A DNA stretch of 64,000 nucleotides from the human T2T-CHM13v2.0 reference genome, Homo sapiens (GCF_009914755.1 NC_060934.1), one strand, 5' to 3'. Shown: positions 14,601 through 28,576, numbered from the stretch's first letter. Notes: generated by a model from the sequence alone, not told the origin. Numbers and translations: made by a program.

Positions 14601-15197
14601 TAGTGTTTAATAAGTTCCTAATCTGCTATAATAACATCTTCACAGCTGATAAACTGCATCATATAATAAAAGTAACAATAGTTTATGGAACTTTTAAAGG
14701 TATAATTTGTACAGAATTTTAATTATGGAGCCTAGAACTCTGAGCCACCAGGAGAAACCTATTTAATGTATCTTCTATGTAGCGACGCACTTCCAAGCAG
14801 TTCCTTGTTGTTCTGGTCTGGTTGGTCGCTCTGTTTTTCCTGTGTAATGGTTTTTGTTGTTGTTCCTTGGTTCAACAAATGCTTTTAAATGCCTGCTTAT
14901 GTGCCCGTTACCATCCTAGGTGCTGGGAAAACTCTGCATCCTCAAAGTTATATCCCCACTCATGGAAATGATTTTTTATTTCCCTTTGATTTTGTGAGTT
15001 CTCTTCCAACTGATTTCACCTTCTACCTTTCAGGTGTTTTTCCATTCAATATTTTGAATATTTTTTCAAATTATCAAAAATATTCAATATTTTCAATATT
15101 TTTCCATTATTCAGGGCTGCATTAAGCCTCTGTTTAGCTCCATCTCTGTGATAGGTTGTTCTCTGGCCAGCTGCTGTTCTATGGCCTCCTGCCATGA

Positions 15198-15563
15198 ATA
15201 TCTTACTTTGGTTGGGCTGCTATAACTAAATGCCATAGACTGGACGACTTAAACAACTAATGTTTATTTCTCAAGGTTTTGGAGACTACAGAGTCCAACA
15301 TCAAGGTGCTGACACATTTGGTTCTTGGTGAGGGCTCTCTTCCTGGCTTGCAGAGGGCTGCCTTCTAGCTGTACCCTCACATGGTTCAAAAAAGTTGTAG
15401 TGTCCTTTTTTCTTCTTAAAAGAGCACTAATTCCATCACGGGAGCTCCGCCCTTGTGACTACAACTCAATCTACTTCCCAAAGGCCCCACTTCCTAACAC
15501 CATCATGTTGGGGGTTAGGACTTTAACATACGCATTTTAGGGGGACACAGTCAGTCCATGATA
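15198..15563 (-). mobile_element. MLT1A-like MaLR LTR
   Basis: gggctgctataac..ccatagactgg..ttaaacaac; ggtgagggctctcttcctggcttgcag; ggggacacagtcagtcc. Confidence 0.85.
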
Positions 15564-16670
15564 AACAGTGGTGGTATCAAGATGTAGAGTAAGATCCCGA
15601 GAGAGAGAGGGAGACACTACCTAAGGCAAGACTTAGGGAAATGGTAGTACAGTATCGAAACCCACTGGCTATGAATAATGGTGTTGGTGTCTAAACACAC
15701 ATGCCTCAGGATTTCTCTTTTAAACTCTGAGCAGGTTCACTCAGAAAGTCATACCAGGGAAAGTTCTCACGCCATCTTTTGTAATGAGGATGAAAAAATA
15801 AAGTGCAGCTATAGATGGTATCAGGGTGGTAAGACTTCGTATTAACAATATGATTTATAATTCTTAGTTCTCAACTCATTCGTAGTTTCTGATGAGTCAA
15901 GTTACATGAACTTTTCTCATTGTGTTTTCAGACCATTTTCCTGTGACAGTTATATAAAGAGATGGGTCCATTTTCATGCTGTGAATCCAGTGGGATCTCT
16001 GATCCTTCCATCAGGACATAACATTAATCCCTGTGGAATTAAATCTATCATGGAGAGTTTACAATCTGTAAGCTGATATAGTTGGATATCCACAGACCCA
16101 TTACTATATATACGAAAGAATTGTCAAGATTATTGGGATTTTCATATATTTGGTGCATACTTCTTTCTAGATAACTGTGATTAGTTCCATTGTCATGTAT
16201 GTGAATTGTACTAAAATTATATATTATGATCTACCCATTGGGGGCATAATTATGGGTACATAGTTAGCCATGGGTAGACTTAGATGGATAGACTAGAACA
16301 TTTCTGTTGAACGATTTTTGCATGATCAAAATTTCAGTAATAACATGAAAAGGAAAGCTGGGGGCTTAGCACTGTGTTGATTTGTCAGAAGATTACCAAG
16401 AGGTTGGTTTTCTCTTATGGTAGAAAGAAACTTACATTTATCTCCTTCCCTTTCAAATTTGTTATTATTCGACAGTAGACAGTATATTTGATCCAGAGCT
16501 TTTTAAAGCCTGGCAGCACTGTTTTGTGTTGAATAACTTTAAACTGGGCAGTCAAAGGTTAGAGTTCTTTGGAAGCAGAGGTCAGAGCAAAGGTGGAAAT
16601 GAGAGTACAATTGGTGGACATCTTGGTTATTGCTGCATACAGATGATTGAACGGTCTCTCTTGACTTTGA

Positions 16671-16732
16671 AGACTCACATTGATGTTTCTTCTAACAGCA
16701 TAGACTCACATTGATGTTTATTCTGACAGCGT
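16671..16732. repeat. 31-bp tandem duplication
   Basis: agactcacattgatgttt at 16671 and 16702. Confidence 0.85.
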
Positions 16733-16794
16733 AAGACTTTAACCTGGTGTGTCTTTTCTTTTTATCTGAGAAGCTGTGCCTGACTGTGGCTGTC

Positions 16795-17440
16795 TTTCAC
16801 ATACCACGAAAGCCAGTCACCCTTCTAAAATGTTCAATTCAGTGGTTTTTATCATATGCACAAAGTTGTGCAACCATCATCACTATCTTTTCCAGGACAA
16901 TTTCATCACCCAAAAAAGAAACCCCGTACCCTTTAAGGGTCACCTCCCCCACCCCAATTTCCCTTAGCCCCAGGCAACCATTGATCTCTGTTCTGTGTTA
17001 ACTGGATTTGCCTGTTACATGTACATTTCACAGAAATGTAATTGTATAATATGTGGCCTCTTGTGTCTGGCTTTTGTTTAACTTATGATGTTTTTGGAGA
17101 TTTATCCATGTTACAGTGTATCTCAGGACCTCATTTTTATGGCCCAATATTTCATTATGTATAGGTGCCACAATTTGTTCCTCAGTTGATGGACATTTAA
17201 GATGGTTTGGCTTTTAGGAATAATGCTGCTATGAACATTCAAGTACAAGTTTTTGTGTGAAGACTTATTTTTAATCCTCCTGTGTATATGCCTAGGAGTG
17301 AAGTTGCTTGGTCATGCAATAGTTTTTGAGGAAATGTCAACCTGTTTGTCTAAAGTGGCTGCACCATTTTACCTTCCCACCAGCAGCGTATGAGGTTCCA
17401 ACTTGCTGCATCCTTGGCAACAGTTGTTGCTGCCCATCCC
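16795..17440 (-). mobile_element. L1M (L1MB/ME-like) 3' fragment
   Basis: aattcagtggtttt, ttgtgcaaccatca, gttgatggacattt, aatgctgctatgaacatt, aaagtggctgcaccatttta..cccaccagcag. Confidence 0.85.
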
Positions 17441-17699
17441 AGGATCACGATCAGTTAAGTTTGCTTTTGTAATGAGAAGGGTGGGACACAGAAAGTAATA
17501 ACTAAGCCCGGAGGGTATTAGGCAGGGCCAGGGCTGGTAGAACTCATGTCTCCTGACTCACCGTCACCATTCACTGCAACATTGCATTTCAGGAAAGCTG
17601 GGTGAAGAAAAAACACATGAGAAAATAATAATTGGTCTGGAATTACTTATATTCATTTTCCCATTATAAGGAATGGAACAGTTGGTTTCTGTGATCTCT

Positions 17700-18628
17700 G
17701 ATGCAGTCCAGTTGTGTGTTTCTAGCCTCAACCTTGCCCTGAACACCAGCATTGAATATCCCGCTCCTGGCTGGACTCTTTCTACTTGGATGCCTACATG
17801 GTTGCATCGCAGACTTCCGTGTCCTGAATCAAGCTCCTCATCCCCCGTCCTTCCTTTCTCCATCTCACTAAATGGTTAGCCAGCTGCTCCGGGCAGACCT
17901 CCAGAGGCTTTGCTTCTCCCACATTCTCCACATCCAGGCCATCAACAACCTTGTGGGTTCCGCGTTCCACCTGCAGTCGCTCCTGCTGTGGCCACTGCTT
18001 TCTTACGCCCCAGACCGAGTACACATGTTTCCCATCTGGACTGGTCACCCGACCATCATCTCTCACCTGGACTTGAGATTGTGCTCGGATCCCCCAGTGG
18101 CTTCCTCGCATACCTAGAAAGCAAGCCAGCGTCCTTAAAATATCCCACAGCCACAGACCGCCTGCCGCTTGCAGTTCCAGCATCTTACATTTGCTCTGCT
18201 CCACCCACATGGGCTTCTTCGCTGTCCTGTGACGCTGCCAGCACACCCTCTTCAGGTTGTCTGTGCTCGCTCTTCTCTCTGCCCTGAACCCTCTTCCCTC
18301 AGTTGTGGGCACGGCCTTTGCGTCTTCACTTCTTCTAAGAATCTACTTAGTCGCCTCATCCAAAGGCGGTCCCTGACCATCATCTCAAAAAAACAGTGTC
18401 CCATCACTTTCTATCCTCTTACCTTACTTTATCCCCTTCATCGCATTTTTTACCGTTTAACAAAATGCTCCATATTTATTTGCTTTTGTGTTGCTTTTCC
18501 GTATTGTCTACTGGGATGGGAGCCCCGAAACAGCAGGGGCTTGGTCTCTTGAGCTTACTGATATATCTGCATAGCCTGGATCGGTTCTTAGCACAAAACA
18601 GGAAGTCAGTAAATTACTGTTAAATGAA
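17700..18628 (+). mobile_element. L2 (L2a-like) 3' fragment
   Basis: C/T-rich L2 3' region ending ...gcacaaaacaggaagtcagtaaattactgttaaatgaa. Confidence 0.75.
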
Positions 18629-19413
18629 CAGGTTATTTTATTCTCCCTTTTGGCATCACTCAGTCTTTGCTGCCAACCTATTTTGGGTGAGCTTTAAATT
18701 TTTTTTTTACATCTTGCAAAAGACTTCTATATGTACGTATCAATTTGTGTGAATCTCTGTAGCACAGTTTCTTCGTATATAAATTTGCAATAATTCTGGG
18801 CAGGTGCTTTGAGACCTCATTTGAGAAATGTTTCCCCCCACCAAGTACCAGAGATTATGATGGTAATATTGTCATTTTTATTACTCAATCTGGTTTTAAT
18901 ACATTATAACAGTATGGACCCTATTAGCCAAGTACACGATAATAGCCTTTTATTACAATACCCTAGGATATACTATTGTAATATTATAATATCTTATTGT
19001 GGTTCTAATAAGGATCTCACTTATATATACATAGAGCTCTTGTAGTTTTATAATATCCAAGGATGAGACTCTGCTGTTGAGAATCTTATCTAAAACATGA
19101 TACCACAATACCAAAAGGGATATTGACAAAATATGTCCACGTATTTGAATTGCACATTCATAGTTTAATTTATTCTTACTGTGCAGCACATTGTTACCTG
19201 GAATTCCAGATTGTTCAAGTGCCTTCCAGGCCTCTACTCGCCTGTTTATTCCATTTAATAGAATAGCCAAAAATAAGTAAGGCTGATATTAACTTTGGTG
19301 AAGATAATGTTCCAGTGCCTTCCAGTACCCTAAATAATTCAAGAGGATATGATGCTGTGACTGAGAACTTGTGTTCCGCAGTCAGGATTACCTAAGGCTG
19401 AGTCTTAACTTTA

Positions 19414-19660
19414 TTTTTATTTTGGAGGTAGGATCTCACTCTGTTGCCCAGGCTGGAGTGCAGTGGCATGATAATGGCTCACTGCAGCCTCAAGCTCCTG
19501 AGCTCAGGCTAAGAGCTGGGTTAGTTTTTTATGTTTTTCTATACAGACAGGGGTCTCATTAAGTTGCTCATGCTGGTCTAGAACTCCCGGCCTCAAGCAG
19601 TCCTCCCACTTCAAACTCCTAAAGCACTAGGATTACAGGAGTGAGCCACTGCCCCCAGCC
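19414..19660 (-). mobile_element. AluJ with internal deletion
   Basis: Diverged Alu, ~50 bp missing; TSD ttaacttta. Confidence 0.88.
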
Positions 19661-19669
19661 ATTAACTTT

Positions 19670-19850
19670 ATACCTTAACATGTCACTATGAGACTTTATC
19701 TTCCAATATTCAGTGTCCTTACCTGTAAAATGGGTGAATAACTGTAGCTACCCTCTAAGTTTGTGTGAGAATTCAATGAGATGATTCCTATAAAGTACCT
19801 GGCACCTAATGAAATGCTCAATAAATGTTAACTGCAATTATTACTATTAA
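19670..19850 (+). mobile_element. MIR fragment
   Basis: cctgtaaaatggg...gtgagaattcaatgag...tgctcaataaatgttaactg. Confidence 0.75.
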
Positions 19851-20422
19851 AACATTTGAACACCATGTGTGATGAAATATTCTTTGGCAAAGGGAGGCTG
19901 GAATGACTCTCAGGTAAAGAGTAGTAAAAGGGCTATAAGTAGAGCAATAAAATGCAAATGTATGACCTCCGCTTCTTTCCCCAGAGCTGTACATCATTCC
20001 ATTTGTTGAAAAAGGGAACGGGGCCTACTGCTGAACGCAATATAACAAATATAACACAGAGACCCCCTTAAGGTGCCATATCTGTTTATAGCCTATTTAA
20101 AGAACAAAAAATAGATCTTTCTGTGGCACTTAATCTGGCCAGGACACTCACAATACCCGTTAGAATGTGTGCTTATTTCATCGTTACAATAATGGGAGTT
20201 CACAAATGTTCTCTGCTCTTTTCACTGAAGCCTCTAGGGGTAGAGGTGAAAGAAAGGAAACAAAATTTAAAATGCTCAGGGTTTGTTTTTAAAGGCAACG
20301 ACTCGTTCATGAAGAGTTTGAACATACAGGGAGACCAGCTGACTTGAGCTGTCTACACCTTCCAGCTCTGTTTTATTTGCTGCTGTTTAATGTTTTCCTG
20401 CCTCCCCAACCGGGCTGCACGC

Positions 20423-20560
20423 CAGCGGTTCTCAAAATCACGGCACCGCTTGTCTAACAACACCGAACGCTGGGCCCATCCCCAGACGTTCCGATTCAGC
20501 GGGTCCAAGGTGGGGCTGGGAATTTGCATCTCTAACGAGTTCCCAGGTGATTGTGATGCC
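20423..20560. mobile_element. MER5A-like hAT-Charlie MITE fragment
   Basis: cagcggttctcaaa; gctgggccc..cccaga..tccgattcagcgggtc; aatttgcatctctaacgagttcccaggtgat. Confidence 0.75.
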
Positions 20561-21550
20561 CGTGTCAATGTGCCGGTCAGAAAATCACAGATTGCCAGCT
20601 GCTGCTGGATGCAATTTGGATCTCCCTAGACGACTTGGCCCAGAGTTGGGCACAGAGTATGCCCTCAATAAGTACTTGTTGGTTCACTGCCTCTGATGAC
20701 ACCGAAATGAAATATAAAGGGAAGATAAAGTATATTAAGGTTCTCATTAGGCGCACTGCCTGATTCTCATTAAGACTGTCCTGATTTCTTTTATGTCTTG
20801 GGCATGTGGGCTCAGTGCTAATTTTCATGGCTTCTGTGGTCCCTGAAGTACGAGCTTTTTCATAGACTCCAAGGTTCTCCTCATTTACCCTTTCTTTTCC
20901 TAACTCATTTCAGACGGACGCTAATAACAGCCCGCAGAACCCTCAGGACCCATACAGGAATGAGGATTCTCATACCTCCCAAAGAGTTTTTGTAAATCCC
21001 ATGTCTTTAATCTCATTTCGCTATTTCTCAACACCCTATTAACATAAAGCTTAAGCCCTTGGCTTGTTGCTTTATTTTCTAAAATTTTAAATTTCATCGA
21101 AACTGCCTCCACTAAGCTAACATGTGCTTGAGTCACTGGGGAGAAGAAAATTTCCAGAGATGTGATAGAAAACAAATTGGGCTTGTAGAGGAAGGATTGT
21201 TCGGAATTATTATATTGTCAGACCCATTGTTTATTTCGCTCACATTTTCCTAGGTCTGAGCGCTGGAGTATTTCTTCACCAGAAAAGAATTTTGGAGGGG
21301 CGGGGGAGGTTGTTTTGCACATCCTTTAAACTCTTCCTATTTAAGCATTTTAGAGGAAAATGATGTTTTCCTTCATGAAAACAGATAAAAACAATCTCTA
21401 AGTTTCCATTTCCACTGAGTCCTTGCTACTTAGAAGGGAATACAGTCCTATACAAAGATATTAAAGACCTGTAAATATCTTTTCCACTAAATTTCTGAGT
21501 ATAATTTTAGTGCTTTACTCACAGCCAACCCATGAGTTCAGTTTTGAGAT

Positions 21551-21807
21551 GAGTGTTTTCCAAAGTAGAGTCCCTGGAGGACACTAGGAGGGTGTTCTGT
21601 GGATGAAAGGGTCTCTATGGCAAAAAGAACGCAAGCTTAGTGAACTCGGGTTTAAGCAAAATAAACAGGTATCTTTAATTCAGGGCTGTCAGGATCTTTA
21701 ATATGGCTGTTGTGCATTGTGGGTATGGAAGAGAGCGATTTCTAGAGTCTCTGACCATGGCATCTTCTGATGCTGCTGTTCTGCAGAACAGATTTTGGGA
21801 AGTACTG
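21551..21807. mobile_element. hAT-Charlie-type MITE (family uncertain)
   Basis: Degenerate TIRs gagtgttttccaaa ... tttgggaagtactg. Confidence 0.55.
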
Positions 21808-23816
21808 TGTGAAAATCCCTACGTTATAGCATCGTCTTTGATTCCTAAAGAAGCCTCAGAGGTATTAAAGCTGCTCTTTTCTGTGTAGATTCAATAGGCA
21901 AAATTTCAACTCCTTTTTGAAGCAAAAAATTTATTTTTAGAAGATTTAAAGTAGTGATGAGATCTTGTTTATTCAGTAGTTCTCTCACTACTGAAGACCT
22001 CAGTGCCTTTCCTGAATACTGATTTCAGGCTAAATTTTTCTGGGATACAGACATTTTCATTCTTATGTTGCCTATATTTAGACAAAGTTTTATTTGTCTA
22101 ATTTACCCATCATGTTACTGTTGCCACATGCACTTCTAGAGTGAAATACTTTGGGACAAACCTGAAGAATTTTTTTCTCTTCTAGATGTCAACTTTCAAA
22201 ATTATGGAAAAATGAACTAAATATCATAATAAAGATTCACTCATTCATAATTTAAACAAGCCCCTGAAGCCCTCTCTCCAAATGTAAGAATTGTTCCCTG
22301 CCAGTTTGTTCTCTTCTCAGGTTCATTGTTTGGCCCACACCTCCTCCCCTCAACACTCCCCAAGGCTGTATTCCAGTTAGTGATACTCTGCCTGCAATGT
22401 AGCTTTTCTCAGTCACTAGAAAATGTCAAGAAAGTATAGTTTGAACTGTGGAGGTTATTAATCTCTACGACACTGTCAAAGGAAAGAGGGAGAGTTTTAT
22501 AGCTGCAGGTTATTAACACTCTTGACAATAGAAAAGTTGACCTTTTTTTCCCCCTTTGCATTTAGGCTCTTGCCTCTGCTTTAAAAACTGGCAGTGAACA
22601 GAATATGCATTTTTAGCTTTCTCAGTATTACGTATATAAAAGTAGTGAGAGATGAACCTGACATATACTTGATAATCAGATGGTTGCGTTACTGTACCTA
22701 GGGTATTGTAGTTTAACTTTTAATTCCAGGATGGTTATTTGTGACAGTAAATGTTCCCGTGCCACCAATCCTGGTTTTCGGTTTTATCCCACCTCTACTT
22801 CCCGTGTAAGGAATATATTGACATCTGGGAAGAGTTAGATCCACCCTTGTTTGACAACACCATTACGCTGGGTAAGATCCACTAAGCTGTGAAAACGCAT
22901 TCATAAAACACCTAAGGTAGAATCTAAGAACACAGTCTTCCTCTTTTCTTGAGGGGCAATCCAAACTTATAAACTGGATACATTACAGAGCACTGTCATT
23001 TTCCATCTCAGCCAATCTGGTTCTTATTCACTGACTGTAATTACAAATGTAGGTGTATGAATTAGTTGGTTAAAAACTCCAAAGTGTGTGTGCACATAAG
23101 TGCATTACATGTAAATACTCTGAGTGCAGAATACCTAATTTAAATGAGTGACAGGGAGCACAACATCATTGGAATTGTCAGGGAAACAGAAATTAGGTGT
23201 TTTACAGCCCCGTCTTTGTCTCTGGATACTGCATTCATGTATTAGAACCCAGAGGAGCTTCAAAATATGTACAGAATTGAGTGGGATCTTGGGTGTAACC
23301 TATTACCATGAGAAATTGGCAAGAAGGAAATCACTTGTTTTCTGCATGTTCTTATGTAACCTTGAACAAACTGTTCTGTTAAAAAAAAAAAAAAGTCTTT
23401 TTCCTTGCTTAAAAAAAAAATCAGCTTAGCCTTCCAGATATTTTCAATAGCTGCACTCGTTAGTATGCCATCTTTTTTTTTTAAAAACTGCCTGTCTTTT
23501 TTTCTCCTTACAACTTCCTAAGTTAAGCCTCAAGTGAGAATCTCAGCAAATTGACTTTTAGTAATATTTTAATTATTGAGATTATTACGGTGTGGTCCAG
23601 TGTGGTGAATCCTATAGTCATTTTACTCGTGTATTCTAATGTCAACAGGATTGTGCTAGTTTAGATGCCCTGTTTGCGTCTAATCATTTTATGTCGAAAA
23701 TAGATGGGGGAGAGGTCAAGGACGTAGTCTGTGAAAACAATGTGAACCGGGACCTCTGATCTTCATTCCTGTTCCCTTTTTCTCCCAACTTATTTGTTCC
23801 TATCCCTTTCTTTAGT

Positions 23817-23842
23817 AAAAAAAAAAAAAAAAAAAAAAAAAA
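23817..23842 (+). repeat. poly(A)26
   Basis: Direct read. Confidence 0.95.
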
Positions 23843-24232
23843 TACTAATTTTTTTTCTCAAAATGTTATTTTGTTTCTGCATCTCCCCTTTTCTGTACTA
23901 CCTCACGCTTCCGGCACATACTTAGAGAATTTGGACTAGAAAGGGCCATAGAGATATGGTTACTCATAATGACTTGCCTGCCTCCTTGTAGTGGTTATTT
24001 TTTTGTTTTTCTTTAAATGGGTTGTATGTGCACTCTGGGTGTTGTGGGGCGGGGAGTGCTAAGTGTGACAGTGCTTACAAAACACACCTTCACAGCTGGG
24101 AGGAGGAGAACACAGTGTCATTCATGCATCCTCAGAACATTACCACTGCGGACGACTGGCAGTGTCCTTCGGGGACCCCGTTGCCCGTGTGCATGCTCAG
24201 GGGCACCATAAACACTTGCTGCTGGTTCCCCA

Positions 24233-24245
24233 TGCCACCTGCTGG
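24233..24245 (-). promoter_or_regulatory. CTCF core motif candidate inside a 20-bp tandem duplication
   Basis: Reverse complement CCAGCAGGTGGCA; unit gctggttcc(c/a)catgccacct x2. Confidence 0.4.
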
Positions 24246-24899
24246 TTCCACATGCCACCTGTGGCCTGTCAGGTGCTCAGAGGGCCTTCTGGGGCAGGCA
24301 GTATTTATGATAAATAGTTTCATCAGGATGTGTGGCTCAGCTGGGCAGCTCCAGCTTTCTTGCTCCCTCTGGGTTTCCTGACAAACTGGCCTCCTGCTAA
24401 GGGCAGGGAACTGAATGGCACTGAGAAGAGTTAATGAGCCACAGAAAATGTGGCGTTCTAAGAAGAGAACAGTATTTGTGTCCCGAACTCTTTGTCCGTG
24501 AAGTGTTCAGAGAGAAGTCCAGTGTAATGGGCTTAAAAACATCCTGCTTGCACTGATCTCTTTTAAATGGTGAAAGAAAATGCAACATTTAAAAATCATT
24601 AAACTACACTGTCTGGACATTATTTGGGCTTGGGTTTCAGATACTTCTGGGACATGCGTGAGATGAGTGACACTGCTGCAGAAGTCATGGCGAGCAGAAG
24701 ACATTTGTATTATTGGAACCTGGCCTGGCTTGAACATGGAGTGTCGGTTCTAATTTGGTTCTGCTGGACTGTAGCAGCTCCTGCTGCTGGTGGGGAGCCA
24801 GTCATCTTGGATTCATAGCTACGTGCAGACACTTTCTGTGCATTCTTACTCTTTAATATTGGGTTGAGCACTTAGCTCTGTAGGGCCTGTTTCCGTGAT

Positions 24900-25200
24900 C
24901 TCCCATCAGTCCCTGCCTTTCCATTCCAACATCACCACTCTGTCTCCAGATGATCGTGCAGCCTCCTGTCTTCTCTCTGTCACCAATCCCTTCCACCCTG
25001 CATTGCCAGACAGATCTTAAGGCCTGTCTGATGGGGTTGTGCCTCTTCTCACAATACCCAGGGGCTGCCCTTCCCTGCCTTGCATGCAGAGCTCTGCAGA
25101 TTATGCTTGAGCACAGGCCCTCTCCTCCCCTACCATTCACTCACTCGCCCACTGGGCCTCTTGTTTGCCTGCCTCCCTGCTTTCCTCCTGAATCCTCCTC
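24900..25200 (+). mobile_element. L2 fragment
   Basis: Degenerate C/T-rich L2 3' region motifs. Confidence 0.5.
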
Positions 25201-25799
25201 CATAAAGCTTCCACTGTGAGGAAAGGAGTGATAATAATAAAACTCCGAACCCTGAGAAAACCTCGCCTATTTTCCAAGACCAGTTCTATTTTTAGCAGCT
25301 AGATCAAGATGCATGAAAGCTGACAGATCTAATGTTGCCTTCTTGAAAGCATGGGGACACTTCTTCGCTGTGGGAAGGGCCAGGTCTGGGAGGGGTAAGG
25401 ATTGTGAGCTCAATCTCTATAGTCTTTGGTTTCTAGGTTTTCTTAGAAAGATAACCTTTCTTGAAAAGGTTAGCTTTTTAGTTCTTTCTTGGAAGAAAAG
25501 TTGTATTGGAGCCAGACGGTGATACAGATGCTATCTTGAAAACATCTTTTACTGCATTTCACTTGAAATGCTTCCTTACATGTTAAATATTGAAAACAAC
25601 TAAAACATAGAGTTCTCTTTTGATTATCCACCTATGTATTATTTATGGAAAATATTTTAAATCTGGCAGTATCCTTAGCCTATATTCCTTTGAGTTTGCC
25701 TCTCTTGCTCGTCTGGCTTACATAAACTGTACCAACAACCTAAACAGCCCATGTTTATAAAACTCAGCCTGATGCCTGCCCGATCAAGTATTGCATTGG

Positions 25800-26040
25800 A
25801 TTTATTCATTTACAGTATGTTGAACACCTAAGTGCCAGGCACCACAATGTGCTAAGGTTTCATAACAGATACGGTGACTGCCTCCATGGAACTCCAATTT
25901 GAGAGGGAGACAGATGTTAATCAGATTATCACACAAAGATACAATTACAAGCTAGTTTAAAATGTATGCACAGGGGACCCGATTTGACTGGTGGTAAAGC
26001 TGGTCAAGGAAGGCTTCACTGAAGATGAAACGTTTGAGCT
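25800..26040 (-). mobile_element. L2 3' end fragment
   Basis: ttattcatt..tgaacaccta.gtgccaggcac; gtcaaggaaggcttcactgaaga..tttgagct. Confidence 0.7.
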
Positions 26041-26161
26041 TCATATAAAATACCTTCACATTGCCCACTATGTAGGATTAACCATACAATCTAATGATCT
26101 TAACTGCTTCCTAGACTTTGGCAGGTTTTTGTTTTTTTGTGTGTGTATGTATTGTTAATAC

Positions 26162-26494
26162 TTTTTTTTTTTTTTTTTGGAGACAGGGTCTCTGTGGCCC
26201 AGGCTGGAGTGCGGTGGAGCAATGTTGGCTCACTGCAACCTCCAACCTCCACCTACCAGGCTGAAGCAATCCTCCCACCTCAGCCTCCCAAGTGGCTGGG
26301 GCTACAGGTGTGCAATGCCACGCTGGCTAATTAGGTATTTTACAGTCTTGTCATGAGCCCCAAAATGCCTAATTAGCTGGGCATGGTGTTAGCCATGTTG
26401 TCTAGGCTGGTCTTGAATTCCTGGGCTCAAGCAATCTGCTCATCTCGGCCTCCCAAAGTGTGGGGATTACAGGCATGAGCCACCATTCTAGGCT
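26162..26494 (-). mobile_element. AluJ with internal fold-back rearrangement
   Basis: Diverged Alu; the middle linker is replaced by a 16-bp-stem inverted repeat. Confidence 0.88.
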
Positions 26495-27828
26495 GTTGTT
26501 CTTAATACTTTCTTTTGCTAAATTGTGTCTGTAGAACATTTAGGGAAGTCTGAGAAGACAACCAGTAGAGATCATTACCTTTTTTCAAAGACATTGCCAA
26601 AGTTAGTTCAGATAATTCATTTTTTTAGTTACTATGATTAAACCTTGCTTGATGCAGACACCTGAGATTGAAGCTTCTTTATGCTGTTACTGACCTGTAG
26701 GTTGTTTGGGCTCAGATGCTGATGCTTGTTTCCTTAGATGATCATTGTTGCACGGTCCTTGGGTGATGTCCTGTGGGTTATCAGATGAACTTTTGTCCTG
26801 TTCAGAACCAAGCAGTTCCGTATTGAAAAATGAAAAGCTAACTGCAATTAGGTAAACTATACCTTTCTTTACATCCTTCAATGGTTTTGTGTTTAGTTGG
26901 CACTTCTGCCGATCCTTAACACATTTCTCTGACGGTAACCTTGTATGATGGTATCCTTTACAACGAAAGGTCTTTTTTGTTCATTATCTTGTTTGATCCA
27001 AGCAGTAACTCTGCAAGTAGATGGCCCCATTATTATGGTGGAATGTACAGGATGATACCATATCCTGGGAAGAGGAAGGAAGTGGATTCAGGCACTGGAA
27101 CCAGTAAATCATGTAGTAGAGGGCTTCTCAGGTCAAAATGTTATTTTCCTACAATATCACACAACTGGTCCATACTAACTTTTCAGAGCTTCTTGTCCTT
27201 AGAGTGAAATGTCATGTTATTCTATTTAACTTCCATTTTGATTACAGCCTGAGTTTTTTTTTTAAATGTTTTCTTCTTTAATCTTGTAGTATTGGTTCAT
27301 TACTTTAAAATTTATTTTCTGGAAAACCAAGGTTATAGCAAAGTAAGTTGTACTCACAGGGTAAAGGAGACCTGCAGAAGAATCCAATTCATCTATGCCT
27401 TTGAATTATCAACCATAAACACTGTAATTATGTGACACATTCTCTGGACATTTGTTTTATTATTATTACAGTCAGTTTCCCAACAAAATGTCACATAACA
27501 GCATTCTTTTGTTCCTTGGATCAACTGTTAATTAGTTTTCCCTCAATAGACCATATCTTCAGTGAAGTAGACAGAATACTCTGATCTCTCTCAGTATTTT
27601 CTAGTGCATGAATCCTCTGCTTCCTCTTGCCATTGGTCCTTTCACCTGAGAGGCATAGCTAAGGAATCAAAATGCATTCAAACACAGTCATAATCAGTTT
27701 CAAGTATGTGTTGTGGATGGATTAGGGGGAAATACTTTTTCTCTTTAACTCTTCCATTTTTAGGCTAAAAGAATTTTTTGCATCAACAAATTTGTTATTC
27801 TTGTTCCAAGAAACACACATTTTTTTAA

Positions 27829-28172
<344 letters not shown>

Positions 28173-28576
28173 TGATATTTCTTGAATGTACTTTTGTCAG
28201 TTCTGTTTATCATTTTTATTAATGATATTATTACCAATAATAAAACTATATTTGCTAATTTTGGAAAATACCCCATTTTGATACTATCTAAACATAGCCA
28301 AAATGAATTTTGATGTATAATTTCCAGTATCTTTAGTAAGCAACACATAATTCAACTTACAGCCTCAAGCTGTGACAAGTGAGATGTTGTTCATAAAAGA
28401 GTAAAAAGCCTGGCATATAGGAAGTGCAGAATAAATGCTCTACGATTATTACTACAAAGCTGATGCCTGTTTGTATAGTGGTAATTACAGGATACACAGC
28501 CGTGTCTTTTATTCCATTATCTTTCCTTCACCAAAGCTTTGATCTTTCATCTTGCCCTTATTGTATCATCCCATAG

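Noticed and set aside
17794-18552. Several 120-170 aa ORFs
   Set aside because: All lie inside the L2 fragment and read as chance open frames
22186-22283. Exon-like segment (ttttttctcttctag ... AAT|gtaaga)
   Set aside because: Stops in all three frames and no other support; typical pseudo-exon
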